A stretch of DNA of 64,000 nt from Eledone cirrhosa (lineage: Eukaryota), in NCBI GenBank assembly GCA_964016885.1, contig OZ024744.1, forward strand, positions 84,258,001-84,322,000, given 5' to 3'. Under the pieces are notes generated by a model. That model was given only the letters and a program-made list of their open reading frames with translations. It made no database searches and was not told the DNA's origin. A program made the translations under genes and the position numbers. Shown one piece after another: positions 1-12,635 of this stretch. The stretch's first letter is position 1; each line of letters starts with the position of its first letter.

Positions 1-340
1 AAAGAGTCCCGCTGGACAGGACGCCAGTCCATCGCAGAGTTAAACACCAAGCTATTGCTGGTTCTCATTTACAGCTGAGTATACTGGAGCAACGTAAAAT
101 GAAGTGTTGTGCTCAAGAACACAACAAACAACACAGCCCAAGAATCGAACCCATGACATCATGATCGTAAGTCCATTACCCTTATCACTAGGCCACACAC
201 GTCTCCACTGAGTATACTGGGGCAACGTGAAATGAAGTATTATGTTCAAGAACACAACACACAACACAACCCAAGAATCGAACCCATGACATTATGATTG
301 TAAGTCCAACACCTTTACCACTAGGCCACACACATCTCCA
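1..340 (-). mobile_element. tRNA-derived SINE with partial tandem duplication of its 5' part (1-206 and 207-340)
   Basis: Minus strand reads TGGCCTAGTG (A box)...GGGTTCGATTC (B box), then a SINE body (TGTGTTCTTGAGCACAACACTTCA...CAGCTGTAAATG...GCGATGGACTGGCGTCCTGTCCAG). The head is duplicated. Confidence 0.8.
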
Positions 341-769
341 CACCTCATATAATTAATGTATATTATTGAAACTGTATTTTTCACTAAGTATCTGTCAATT
401 ATATAACTATCCATTGCACATAAATATATTTACAGTATTTATCTTTTCGTTTACTTACCGTTAATATGTATAACCAAGCATAAATACGTTTTTTGGTCCG
501 TTTAATTTTAATATTAACGTTAATTATATGTTCCAGCATCTGCATATAAAAGCAATAATACATTACATTACAATGCAATATAATATGATTTAATTATATC
601 ATACAAAATTATAATTAATAATTTTAACTAAATTGATAAAAAAAAAAAATGTAAACAAATATTATTTTAGCAGATATTCCCTTATTTTTATTAAGAAATT
701 ATTTCTTCGCAACATTTGAATATTTTCTAACTCGAATAAACATCATTATCTCTCATATTACATATTACA

Positions 770-985
770 TAGGGCGGTAGATTGGCAGTATCGGTGGAGC
801 GTCAGACAACTTTATGACATAAGGTTACGTCCCTTTACGATCTGAGTTCAAATCCTGCCGACGTTAGCTTTACCTTTCATCCTTACGGAGTCGATAAATA
901 GAGTTCCTGTAATGCACTGAGGTTAATTTAATCGCCTTTCCCCTCCACCAAAATTGCTGGCCTTGTGCCTAGATCAGAAACCTAT
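770..985 (+). mobile_element. SINE with Deu/Nin-like core
   Basis: GAGTTCAAATCC B box followed by CCTTTCATCCTTACGGAGTCGATAAA core and GCTGGCCTTGTGCC tail. The same family recurs at least 7 more times in the window. Confidence 0.8.
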
Positions 986-990
986 ATTGC

Positions 991-1029
<39 letters not shown>

Positions 1030-1111
1030 TTAAAGGGTCTGCTGTCGATAATTAGACTGTTAAATCCTAAGCTCCCTGTTCAAGAACCCCAATTGTACAA
1101 TAGAGTCCAAC

Positions 1112-1294
1112 TGCATAATGTCGTTTATTTTTGTAAAACAGAGTAGTTATAGTAAAGACAGAGCATGCAAGCCATGCGGGCACGATAGTTATGAAGGGCA
1201 CAAACGTCGAATAGTTCCTTGTCACTTGATAGGAGAGGGTGTGTACTTATGCATTATCAGACACGCTGGTCAGATGCGTTCAGCATTGCTAACA
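1112..1294 (-). mobile_element. Probable 3' LTR of the adjacent Gypsy remnant
   Basis: On the minus strand, purine tract GGAGGAGA is followed by TG at 1294, AATAAA near 1125 and CA at 1112. It lies just downstream of the integrase remnant. Confidence 0.5.
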
Positions 1295-1322
1295 TCTCCT
1301 CCAGGGAATTGACAACGTAGTG

Positions 1323-2000
1323 TTAGAGGTAACACGGCGCGCGCACTACTCGGCCACTACGCATCCAGTATTCTCCGCGTAACTCGTTGTCTGCATTGAT
1401 ATCTTTGTTTTCTTGAGGGCAAGTTGGAACTGTGTCGCTAACGTTCTCATAGTCGACAATTGAAAACGGAAGTTGTTCTGTTGTGGTTTCTACCATCGGT
1501 CGTATATGGACACGGTTTCGAACAATGGTTCTGTTGTCGACCCTTACTGAGTACAAGGGCTCCGTGATCTTATGAATGATCTTTCCCTGAACGCAGCTAT
1601 CAACCTGTTGTCCCTTCAGTTGCACTCTAATTGATTGCCCGATAAGAAAGTTGCTAAGTGCTCTTGTCTTCCTGTCGTAGTAGTGTTTTTGAGTTTGTGT
1701 GCGTCAATCTAGTTCAGCATGTGTATTTTCTTGCGTGGAAGGTTCTAAAGCCGATTCTGTCGTGGGTAACGTCGTACGGATTTGTCGGCTGAAATGACGT
1801 TGTGCGTTACTTGAGCCAATGCCAGTTGACGGGATGTTTCGGTGACTGAGAAGAGCAAGATAAACGTCACTCTTTTCAAAACTGCTTTTCTTGATTAAAT
1901 TATTAGCCTGCGTCACGGCTATCCCGGCCTTTCTATTACCATGACTATGATATGGGCTACAGGCCCGATGATCAAATTCCCACGTTTGGGCAAACATTTG
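1323..2000 (-). pseudogene. Ty3/Gypsy integrase C-terminal remnant
   Basis: FAQTWEFDHRACSPYHSHGNRKA...YLALLSHRNIP...QRHFSRQIRTTLP and RNRVHIRP...RSGRVVRAP match Gypsy integrase C-terminal motifs. Broken by stop/frameshift. Confidence 0.8.
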
Positions 2001-2719
2001 GAGGAAACCAACAAATTATCAGCAGGTACTGTTTCTTCTGACCTGGAATGGATATGGAAGATAGAAGTTCCCTCCCACATAGCAGCCTTTACAGCAGCCT
2101 TTCTGACAGCTTTCATAATAGGTTAACCCTCTCCTTACATCTTGCAAAGATGTAGCTTCTCAGCAGTAGATAAGGTGAATAAAAATCCCAACAACATAGA
2201 GAAATAGTTCTAACCTTATCACATAGAGAGTGAGTATGAGTATATAAATATAAACGCGCAAACAGACACACTTACACAAATACACATACATTGACAAACA
2301 TGCACACATACATTTAAATAAACACATACACACACACACAGCGTAGAAAATGGAACGCCAGTTGCTGTTTAGCTATATTTTTTTCACCATCCCCTTCATT
2401 AACTTTACACACACACATTGTGTGAGGGACAGAAGTCGCTCAAATTTATATATAGATGAATCATATTTTATTACCAACATATATAATTAGATTGCATCTA
2501 CAATTTAATAAAATTAAGATATGACAGTATCATTTGGGTAACGTGAAATTTTGAATTTGTGGTCACAATCACAACCCAGAATATATTTAATCAAGTTTCA
2601 TTTTTTCAGTAAATCTCGCAAGTTTTCTTTCATATTTCATGAATTTAATTTTGATTTTCTGCCTGTAAAATGCAATGAGGTTTCCATTCTAGTGGAGTCA
2701 TTTATGTTTTTGTCTTAGT

Positions 2720-2982
2720 CGAGAAGCGGGCCGCATGGGATAAGGCTCATCATTAGGCGGACCGGAAGCGCTAATTTACATTCGTGCCCACATATAAAAG
2801 GGAAGGTAACTCAGGTTGTTTTAATTTGTTTCTTCAGAATTCGTACACGTTTTCCTCGATCGTAAAAATGATAGAAATATAAAGTTGGGGTAAAAAAGAA
2901 AATCAGAAAGATTTCACTTCGGTGACTTAGGCGAGCCATTCAGAAAGCTTCGTGGGCTGCGGGTTGCCCATGATTGGTCTAG
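2720..2982. mobile_element. Possible hAT/Charlie-like non-autonomous remnant
   Basis: GCGGGCCGCATG...GCGGACCGG subterminal-like motifs and minus-strand CATGGGCAACCCGCAGCCC end next to TCTAGA. Only one end is recognisable. Confidence 0.35.
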
Positions 2983-3446
2983 AGGAAAACTGATCGAATC
3001 GATGTGGTTACCGTTCTTAAGCAGTTTCAAGCCGACGTATGCATAAAAAAAGTACGTGCTGCAGCGAAGTAATTGTATTGATGAATGTTAGTTCTGGTAG
3101 TTGGCACAATATGGCGGAAGGAGAGAAGAGATGATTTTATTTTGTTTTTAGGTTTGGCATCGTGTCTAAATTGCATGCTTATGAGACTTTGGTGGGAAAC
3201 GTTAGGAGGAGAGATGGGTGATATCTGTATAAGAGTGAGAATTGTTGGAAATAATGACAAGTAGGGTACTGATATACCAAACATTTGGGCACATTACAGT
3301 TGATGGAATAGGAATCAAAGTGATGTCTCGGCACACGCCGCAATTGTGCGATCTGATAGAAAGCCACCGAACTATGAGACGTCATGCGGAGAGAGCCGAT
3401 AAGCAAGAAGACTCAAACCAGTAAATTAGTAAAATAATGGCTTCTT

Positions 3447-3575
3447 TTATAGGCACAAGGCCAGCAATTTTGGGGGATGGAAAAGTTGATAAAAATCGAC
3501 CCTGTGCGTGACTGGTACTTTATTTTATCAACCCCGTAAGGATGGAAAGCGAAGTTAACCTCGGCGGGATTTGAA
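3447..3575 (-). mobile_element. Deu/Nin-like SINE fragment, truncated by the 429-bp HHR repeat
   Basis: Reverse complement of the 770-985 family (GGCACAAGGCCAGC...CCCCGTAAGGATG...CCTCGGCGGGATTTGAAC). Confidence 0.75.
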
Positions 3576-4052
3576 CAGCCGTACTAAGAGTGAGAAATGA
3601 AATTTCGTTTCATTTTTTCCGTTTATCGTTTTCGGTACCCCGGCCGATTAACTCACTCGACATGCAAATTAGGCTGCTCAGCCATTAATATGCATAAGGA
3701 AAGTATATACTTTCAGACGTTCAACCATCTTGCAGGATGGTATACGTTGCTGACGATAGCTAATAAGCTTGAAACTAGTACAGCGTTCCTTTGTCAGTGT
3801 TGAACAAATGAACAACGATGGTTGCTAGACACTGTACGGCTTAATTCGGGCTGTTTGTTTACAAACACACTGAGCATTATAATAAATGTTCGGGGAATCC
3901 ATACGTACATATATATATCTGTGCATGTATGTATATATATATACATACTACTGTACGTCTGTATACATATATGTATGTACGTATACATACTTATATTTAA
4001 GTAACAGCCGTACTAAGAGTGAGAAATGAAATTTCGTTTCATTTTTTCCGTT
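3574..4052 (+). repeat. 429-bp HHR-containing tandem unit (1.1 copies), retrozyme-like
   Basis: AACAGCCGTACTAAGAGTGAGAAATG at 3574 and 4003. A homolog lies at ~38955-39430. Ends in (TA)n. Confidence 0.8.
3744..3786 (+). ncRNA. Type I hammerhead ribozyme, canonical core
   Basis: ACGTTG-CTGACGA-tAGCTaataAGCTt-GAAA-CTAG-TA-CAGCGT. Stem I is 6 bp, stem III is palindromic, cleavage triplet GUA. Confidence 0.9.
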
Positions 4053-4091
4053 TGTATATATATATATATATACATATATATACATATATAC

Positions 4092-6172
<2,081 letters not shown>

Positions 6173-6176
6173 TATA

Positions 6177-9100
6177 CTAGCAGTTTAGGCCGGCGTTGCT
6201 CGGGTTTGTTCATTTGCTATGAAAAGTTACAAACAGGTAAACGTAGTTTGAAAGCGCATAAGCTTATCAATTAAGTGCATAAAGCAGTTGAACCGGTTAT
6301 TAATAGTTACGAACCAATTATCATTGTGGACAATCAATGATGGGTTAATAATCTTCAAATAGCTAATTTAGTAGACCAAAGTTGCAAGATGGTGGCCCTG
6401 ATGCCGCTGGGTATCAGATCTGTCGGCTATGGGTGACCCTACCAGTTTTCCAGACGGCATAGCTCCAACACCTCCAACACCTGTACCAACATCTATAGCA
6501 CATCTTTGTAGACGATATTGCGTGTCATCCCTTGAGGAGTGTAAGCAAAAAGTCCATTCCTGCCCCCTACGCGGGAACAGGCAACATAAAGTTGGCCAAG
6601 CGAGAAGCATGGTTCCCCAAATGGATGCCCGTCAGCGACAATGTTTGCCCTTGTGACTTGTTAATGGGCACGGCAAAACATGGTATCACCGGAAATTGGG
6701 ATCACCGGAAATTGAACGGGATATCTGACGCCGAGGGGAAAAGGTTTATCCTTGGAATGAAAACATTCTCCCCTCTCCCGCACCCCGTTACAATGGTGGC
6801 TTCAATCAAGTGGGGCGTCAGTGACTTGACGACCATGCGAGTACCATTGCACTGCTTTGGTGGACGCAAGTTCCTTATTAGCATAATGGGACAGCCAACC
6901 CTAAGCTTAAGAATGTGAGGTGGGAGCCCTGGGGGCTCAAGGGAATTTAATAACTCAACCGGATAATTAACGATATCGTCGGGGTCTGACGTCCGGTCGA
7001 TAGAGTTGAAGATGTGTTCTTTACCGGGAATGTTCTCAATCAGCTGCTGGGTAATAACATTAAACATGGTATTTTTCGGAGCAAGGATCGCTCTTTCGCT
7101 GAGGCAATCGAGGTTTTTAAAGTTAGATGAGACATTAGGAAAAACTGCTTCCCAAAGGTCAGAAGGGCTGCTCACATTTTCACAAGGAGTCGATTGCTAT
7201 GTCGCCCTTGTCATCCGCAGGGACCTTGCCCTCACCAAGTGCTAAAATATTCTGAGCAAATGCTGCAGTCATGTTGTCACCATGCAAATGAGCACGCATA
7301 TTTGTGCTCAGGTACAAACTCTTCACCCGGAGCCACAACATGGACCACTTAAGACAGGCACGCACTTCATCAGCTCTTGTCCCTTTGGGGATGACAGGCA
7401 GCGTTTGCCGAAAATCCCCTGATAGCAGAAGGGTTACGCCACCTATAGGAGCCGTAGAATCCCTAATGTCTTTCAGGGTCCTGTCCAATGCCTCAAGGGC
7501 ACCCTCGTGTGCCATTGTGCACTCATCCAAAACAATGACGCAACATTTTTTGAGAACCAGAGCTTCGTGTGAAATCTTGCTGATATCGCATGTTGGTGTG
7601 TCAGTTTTTATTAAATCCAAGGGGAGTTTAAAAGTTGAATGTGCTGTCCTCCCTCCCGGCAGCAAAGTAGCCGCGATCCCGGACGATGCAACAGCCAACG
7701 CAATTTTTTTCTCCTGAAGAATCTTAGCGAGAATCAATTTCGTTACGTAAGTTTCCGGTACCGCCAGGAGTATCGACAAAGTAAATACCCCCAGTCTGAT
7801 TTTGAACCGCGTCAATGATAGTTAAATAGGCCAACCTTTGGTCCGACAGAAATTTGGGCTCATTTTCCTCTAAGTATTGTGAAAGAGATTCGGCGTCCTC
7901 GATATCAATGAGTGTTGTAGATAATGTCACTGTAACCAACTTCCACTGAAGTATACTGCAGATGAGCCAGGCGCAAGAAGTCCTCAGACATGAAGTCTCT
8001 GTACTTGACCCATAAAGATTTGGGGTCACTCAATTCACACTTTTGAAGAAAAATAGCAAAGAGTTCCCGTAGACCGTTATGTGATTTCAACAAAGCACTC
8101 TCTGCTAAAGTGGAATCCCATTGCGAATCATCTTCCAAAAGACCACGCTTAAAGCAGGCTTCCCGGTACGTATCACATATTTCTCCGTCAACAGTTTTGA
8201 TGTCCTGAAAACTTTGTGGGCCTACAACTTCATGCAAAAGAAGGCGGAGATGAAAGCACTCATGCTGACTTGGGGGCACAGTGTAAACCCTTCCAAGACA
8301 GCTGTCAAATTTTACACCAGGATGTTTTTCAGCAGCCTGACCTGACTTTCTTCGCACCCAATTGTTTTTCTACCATATAAAGTAGGATGGAACCTGGGAG
8401 TACACAATTGTTTGCGCAAATGTATCGAACTGGCAAAGTGTGAAGAAACCCGTCAGAGTGGTCTCTTTCGGATCGGCGGCTAACTTGGCGGCGGTTTGGT
8501 CCGTAAAGTAAACCCTTTGCCCATTTTCCAAATGTACCGCAAGCTGTACGATGGCGGGATGACGTTGGTGTAGGGGTAAACCAAATAGGCGCCAAAAAGC
8601 TTCATTGCTACTGATGTACCACCCCGCCAGGTATTCTGTGACCTCGTCCCTGCTATTTTCAGCTTGAAATGCGAACATTGCGGCATCAGAGCACTTATTT
8701 ACATATTTGCATATGTATTTTATCGACTTGACGGAGTTGCAAAACTCAACGTTGATGTGGGCGTTGAACATCTTCAAGACAAGAGGGCAGTAAGAGACCA
8801 CCCATCTATTGTCGATTTGACCTCCCCTTACTGTTGTGGTGCAGCCACCGTTCTCGGGCCGTCTCCGCCTGTACAGGGGGTACCCGTCGCCACCAGTCTG
8901 AGTCTGGTCAACACATTTTTGGGGGTATCCCTTACTGCACGACCCCCCCCCCCCCTTTCAGACACGTGTGATGCTCATTAGGGCCCGATGCACACGGACC
9001 ATGAATCATGATAGCTTTGACGATGTCATGTAATTCCTGGTCAGTTGCTAGGTTAGGGATTTCAGCCGAAATGAAGCTGTCTATGGCATTTGTATTGATT

Positions 9101-10646
9101 TTATCAGCTAACGAAATCAAAATGTGAGCATGTGGCAGCCCTCGTTTTTGCCATTCGACGGTGAACATGTCACATTTTACAGCCCCAAATACCTGACCTT
9201 TTTGATTAAAGCCATGAGTTTAGCCAGTTTCAGTCTGAACACTCTGGCAATGAGGTCATGTCTGTTCGAATAATTTTGCCCAGGAAAAAGTTCACGGGTT
9301 ACATTCTGATTCATATGTCTATAGCATTAATCTGTTATATGAAGTGTTATTTTGCGGGTTGTTATTTGCAATAAGCCGGTGGTTGAAAATGCCCCAGATA
9401 AGCCGTATGTCAATACGGAACGCTCCATTTGATCATATACATTGTTTCTCTCTCTGCAGTGTTGATATATAGGGAGTGAAGAGCGACAGAGAGAGTAAAG
9501 CAGTTAAATTATAGAGAGGGGAAATATACGGAACGCTCCATTTGATCATATACATTGTTTCTCTCTCTGCAGTGTTGTCATATAGGGAGTGAAGAGCGAC
9601 AGAGAGAGAGTAAAGCAGTTAAATTATAGAGAGGGGGAATGATCATGATCGATTTTTGCCCTTATTGTTGATTGATTTAAACATTTTTTGCTTCATGACC
9701 TTCTCCTGACCAAAAGCAATAATTGTCCCGACTTTGAATAGAATCCCGTGAAAAAAGTTCTCATTAACTTTTTGTCTCATATTGAGAAAAACAAAGAAAG
9801 AAAATTACAAAAAGGACAACAATAAAATATAATGTCTTTGTTGAGAATCATGTACATAAATGCTTAAGCGTCGTTATTGTTACGTTTGTTGTTTTATAAA
9901 TTCATCTGTTGCTTTTAAATATTTGTTATTTGATGTAAAATGTAACGTTGAGAGAGCAATATGTATTTAGTGTTATCGGCTTTTTAAATTTTGATATTTG
10001 ATGTATGAGTGTCGTTATCAAAGTTTTTTTCGCGTTCCCGAACGAATAGGGGGAATGATCTATTATATAGAGAGAGGAGAGCGACGGAGAGAGTGAAGCT
10101 AGTGTTAAACCTCGAAGGATGAAGAGAGTAAAGCAGTTAAATTATAGAGAGGGAGAATAATCTATTGTAGAGAGAGGGAAGAGCGACGGAGAGATTAAAG
10201 CTATGGTTATTGTGTTGCTCAGGTTTCAAATTTTGTGTCGCGTTCCTTCAAAAGAAGTTTTGTCGTTGTTCTAAATTGTAATGGAGATAGAGTAGTAGAC
10301 GGAGGCAGTAACCTTTTAAGAGATTTGCAGAGGAGATTGAGAGTGGAGTAGAGGAAAGGATGAACCTTTTAAAGAGAGTTGCAACACGTATTTAGTTTCA
10401 TATATTTTGCTGGTAGTAGTGAGAGGAATGGAGCGTGTAAGAGAGAGGGTTACAGCATGTATTTAGTTTTATTGATTTTTTTTCATAGAAGCAGGAAATG
10501 TTTGGCAACAATAATTACGCATTGACCTGCCCTGGGAAATTTGGAGCACATTGGAAAAGAAATCATCAAAATCGGTAGAGAAATGTGGAAATGCATAAAA
10601 ATCATACACACACACAGACAGACATCTACCGTTTTATTTAGAGAGA
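6177..10646 (-). mobile_element. Defective autonomous-type Helitron
   Basis: 5' TCTCTCTAAATAAAACGG at 10646, homologous to the 6172 end over ~280 bp. 3' hairpin CCCGAGCAACGCCGG and CTAG at 6180-6177. Internal ~115-bp direct repeat at 9412-9640. Confidence 0.85.
6480..9300 (-). pseudogene. Helitron Rep/PIF1 helicase, frameshifted and 5'-truncated
   Basis: Rep motif VEWQKRGLPHAH, KYICKYVNK, and PIF1 motifs PGGTG, AVASSGIAATLLPGGRTAHSTFKLP, DECTM, GDFRQTLPV, LKLRVGCPIMLIRNL. Split over at least 7 ORF pieces. Confidence 0.92.
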
Positions 10647-10675
10647 TATACATATATATATATAGAGAGAGAGAG

Positions 10676-10758
<83 letters not shown>

Positions 10759-10763
<5 letters not shown>

Positions 10764-11738
10764 CGATCTCAGATTTACAGAAACCTAGCTTGGACGTTGT
10801 ATGTTATATGTGATATATATTGTATGCTATACGTTATGCGTTATGTCTTGCATTCGATGTCCACGCGATGGTCCAGGTTAGTCAAAATCTTTTCCTGAGT
10901 TCAGTTTTTATCGTTGCTATGGCAATGCGGCCAGACTGTCGGTCGCTTTATTTGATTTGCAAACCTGTCTAAACGTATTGTTATAACTCTGAGGTAATAT
11001 TCTCCATCGAGTGCTAAGCTGCATTCCGAATTTGCATTCGTTAGCTTGACCGCAGCCAAAAGCTTCGTTGATGCTGTACTAAAATTTGTATTTTTAACTC
11101 CTAGAATTAACGATTAACTGATTAATTTAATTAGACAATTCTATTGATTGATTAATTGTATGTTTGTTTGATAACTTCTGGTTGAGTGCTTTATTCGGTT
11201 TGTCTAAGGGAATTTCATTCCTTTGTCCCAAATTTCGAATTGACCGCCAAAACGGGGGTTACCTCCCTTTGTGAAAACCACGTGTCTTTAGCGAAAATTA
11301 CTGCTAGAAAATACACCCGCCGAGGCTATAGAACGCAAGACTTGTTGATGAAGTAAATTATTTGTTCTGTCGTCAAAGGCCATTAACTTGCAGACCCCTG
11401 CAAGCGGAATTTGTCGATCTCGGATTTACAGAAATCTAGCGTGGATGTTGTATGTTATATGTAATGTCCATTGTATGCTATACGTTATGCGTTATGTGTT
11501 GCATTCAATGTCCACGCGATGGTCCAGGTCAGTCAAAATCTTTTACTGAGTTCAGTTTTTTTCGTTGCTATGGCAATGTGGCCAGACTGTCGGTCGCTAT
11601 ATTTGATTTGTAAAGCTGTCTAAACGTATAGTTAAAACTCTAGGGTAATATTCACCATTGAGTGCTAAGTTGCATTTCGAATCTGCATTCGTTAGCTTGG
11701 CCGCAGCCAAAAGCTTCGTTGATGCTGTACTAAAATAT
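10759..11738 (+). repeat. 651-bp HHR-containing tandem unit (1.5 copies) in (TA)n
   Basis: 10759-11090 is repeated at 11410-11738 (GAAA at 10780 and 11431). A diverged inverted fragment lies at ~55343-55600. Confidence 0.85.
11340..11529 (+). ncRNA. Type I hammerhead, U3 variant, with large stem II and III domains
   Basis: ACTTG-TTGATGA-aGTAAATT...GATTTACa-GAAA-tc..GCGTGGA...TCCACGC..gg-TC-CAGGT. Confidence 0.75.
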
Positions 11739-11744
11739 GTGTAT

Positions 11745-11795
<51 letters not shown>

Positions 11796-11996
11796 AATAT
11801 ATATATATTGTTATACTTGGGGAGGGTCATATTGTTGTAATAATATTGCCAGAAATAATAACAGAACATACTCACTGTTTGGTTGGTTTTCGCTTCTGTA
11901 TCTTTTATATCTCTACAGATAATTCATTCGGTCCTCAATGTTTACCATTGACTGACCAACGGTCAAAAATACAGATATAAATACATATATATAGTC

Positions 11997-12040
11997 TAAC
12001 AAAGTTCTTTCGTTGCACATCTGCAACATCATCAGTGGTA
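11997..12040 (-). ncRNA. Type I hammerhead motif
   Basis: TACCA-CTGATGA-tGTTGCAgatgTGCAAC-GAAA-GAAC-TT-TGTTA, with one stem I mismatch. Homolog at 24517-24559. Confidence 0.7.
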
Positions 12041-12080
12041 CTCTATATATAAATATATATATATATATACATATATATGC

Positions 12081-12151
<71 letters not shown>

Positions 12152-12242
12152 GAGTTTATGTTGGTTGTATACCAACACCTCAGTATGCAGGCTGGAGCAC
12201 TCGACGATGTGCGCAGGTTGGTTTGGTTACTCCGGAGTAGTG

Positions 12243-12593
12243 TAAAATAAAGTTAAATAAAAGTCAAATGATTAAAATTTAGCTTCGTTTATTACTGCTA
12301 TATATATTTCAGTGACAGCCATCTTTGGCTGTGACCTCTTCAGGCAGTTTGAATTAGTATGGTATAGACAAGTACATATGTTGTTTAGGTTTTTCTCATG
12401 CAGTATTTTGAACCATTCTATTACTTCTCTCGTGCATGACCATTGCTGTAATAACCTAACAACATATGTACTTGTCTATACCATACTAATTCAAACTGCC
12501 TGAAGAGGTCACAGCCAAAGATGTCTGTCACTGAAATATATATAGCAGTAATAAACGAAGCTAAATTTTAATCATTTGACTTTTATTTAACTT

Positions 12594-12600
<7 letters not shown>
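12243..12600. repeat. Fold-back element with an HHR in each arm
   Basis: Arms 12243-12391 and 12453-12600 are near-perfect reverse complements. HHR ACTGC-CTGAAGA-stemII-GAAA-TATATA-TA-GCAGT at 12495-12549 (+) and 12294-12348 (-). Confidence 0.88.

Positions 12601-12624
<24 letters not shown>

Positions 12625-12635
<11 letters not shown>

Noticed and set aside
130-340. tRNA gene
   Set aside because: A and B boxes are present but there is no cloverleaf, and it is fused to a SINE body.
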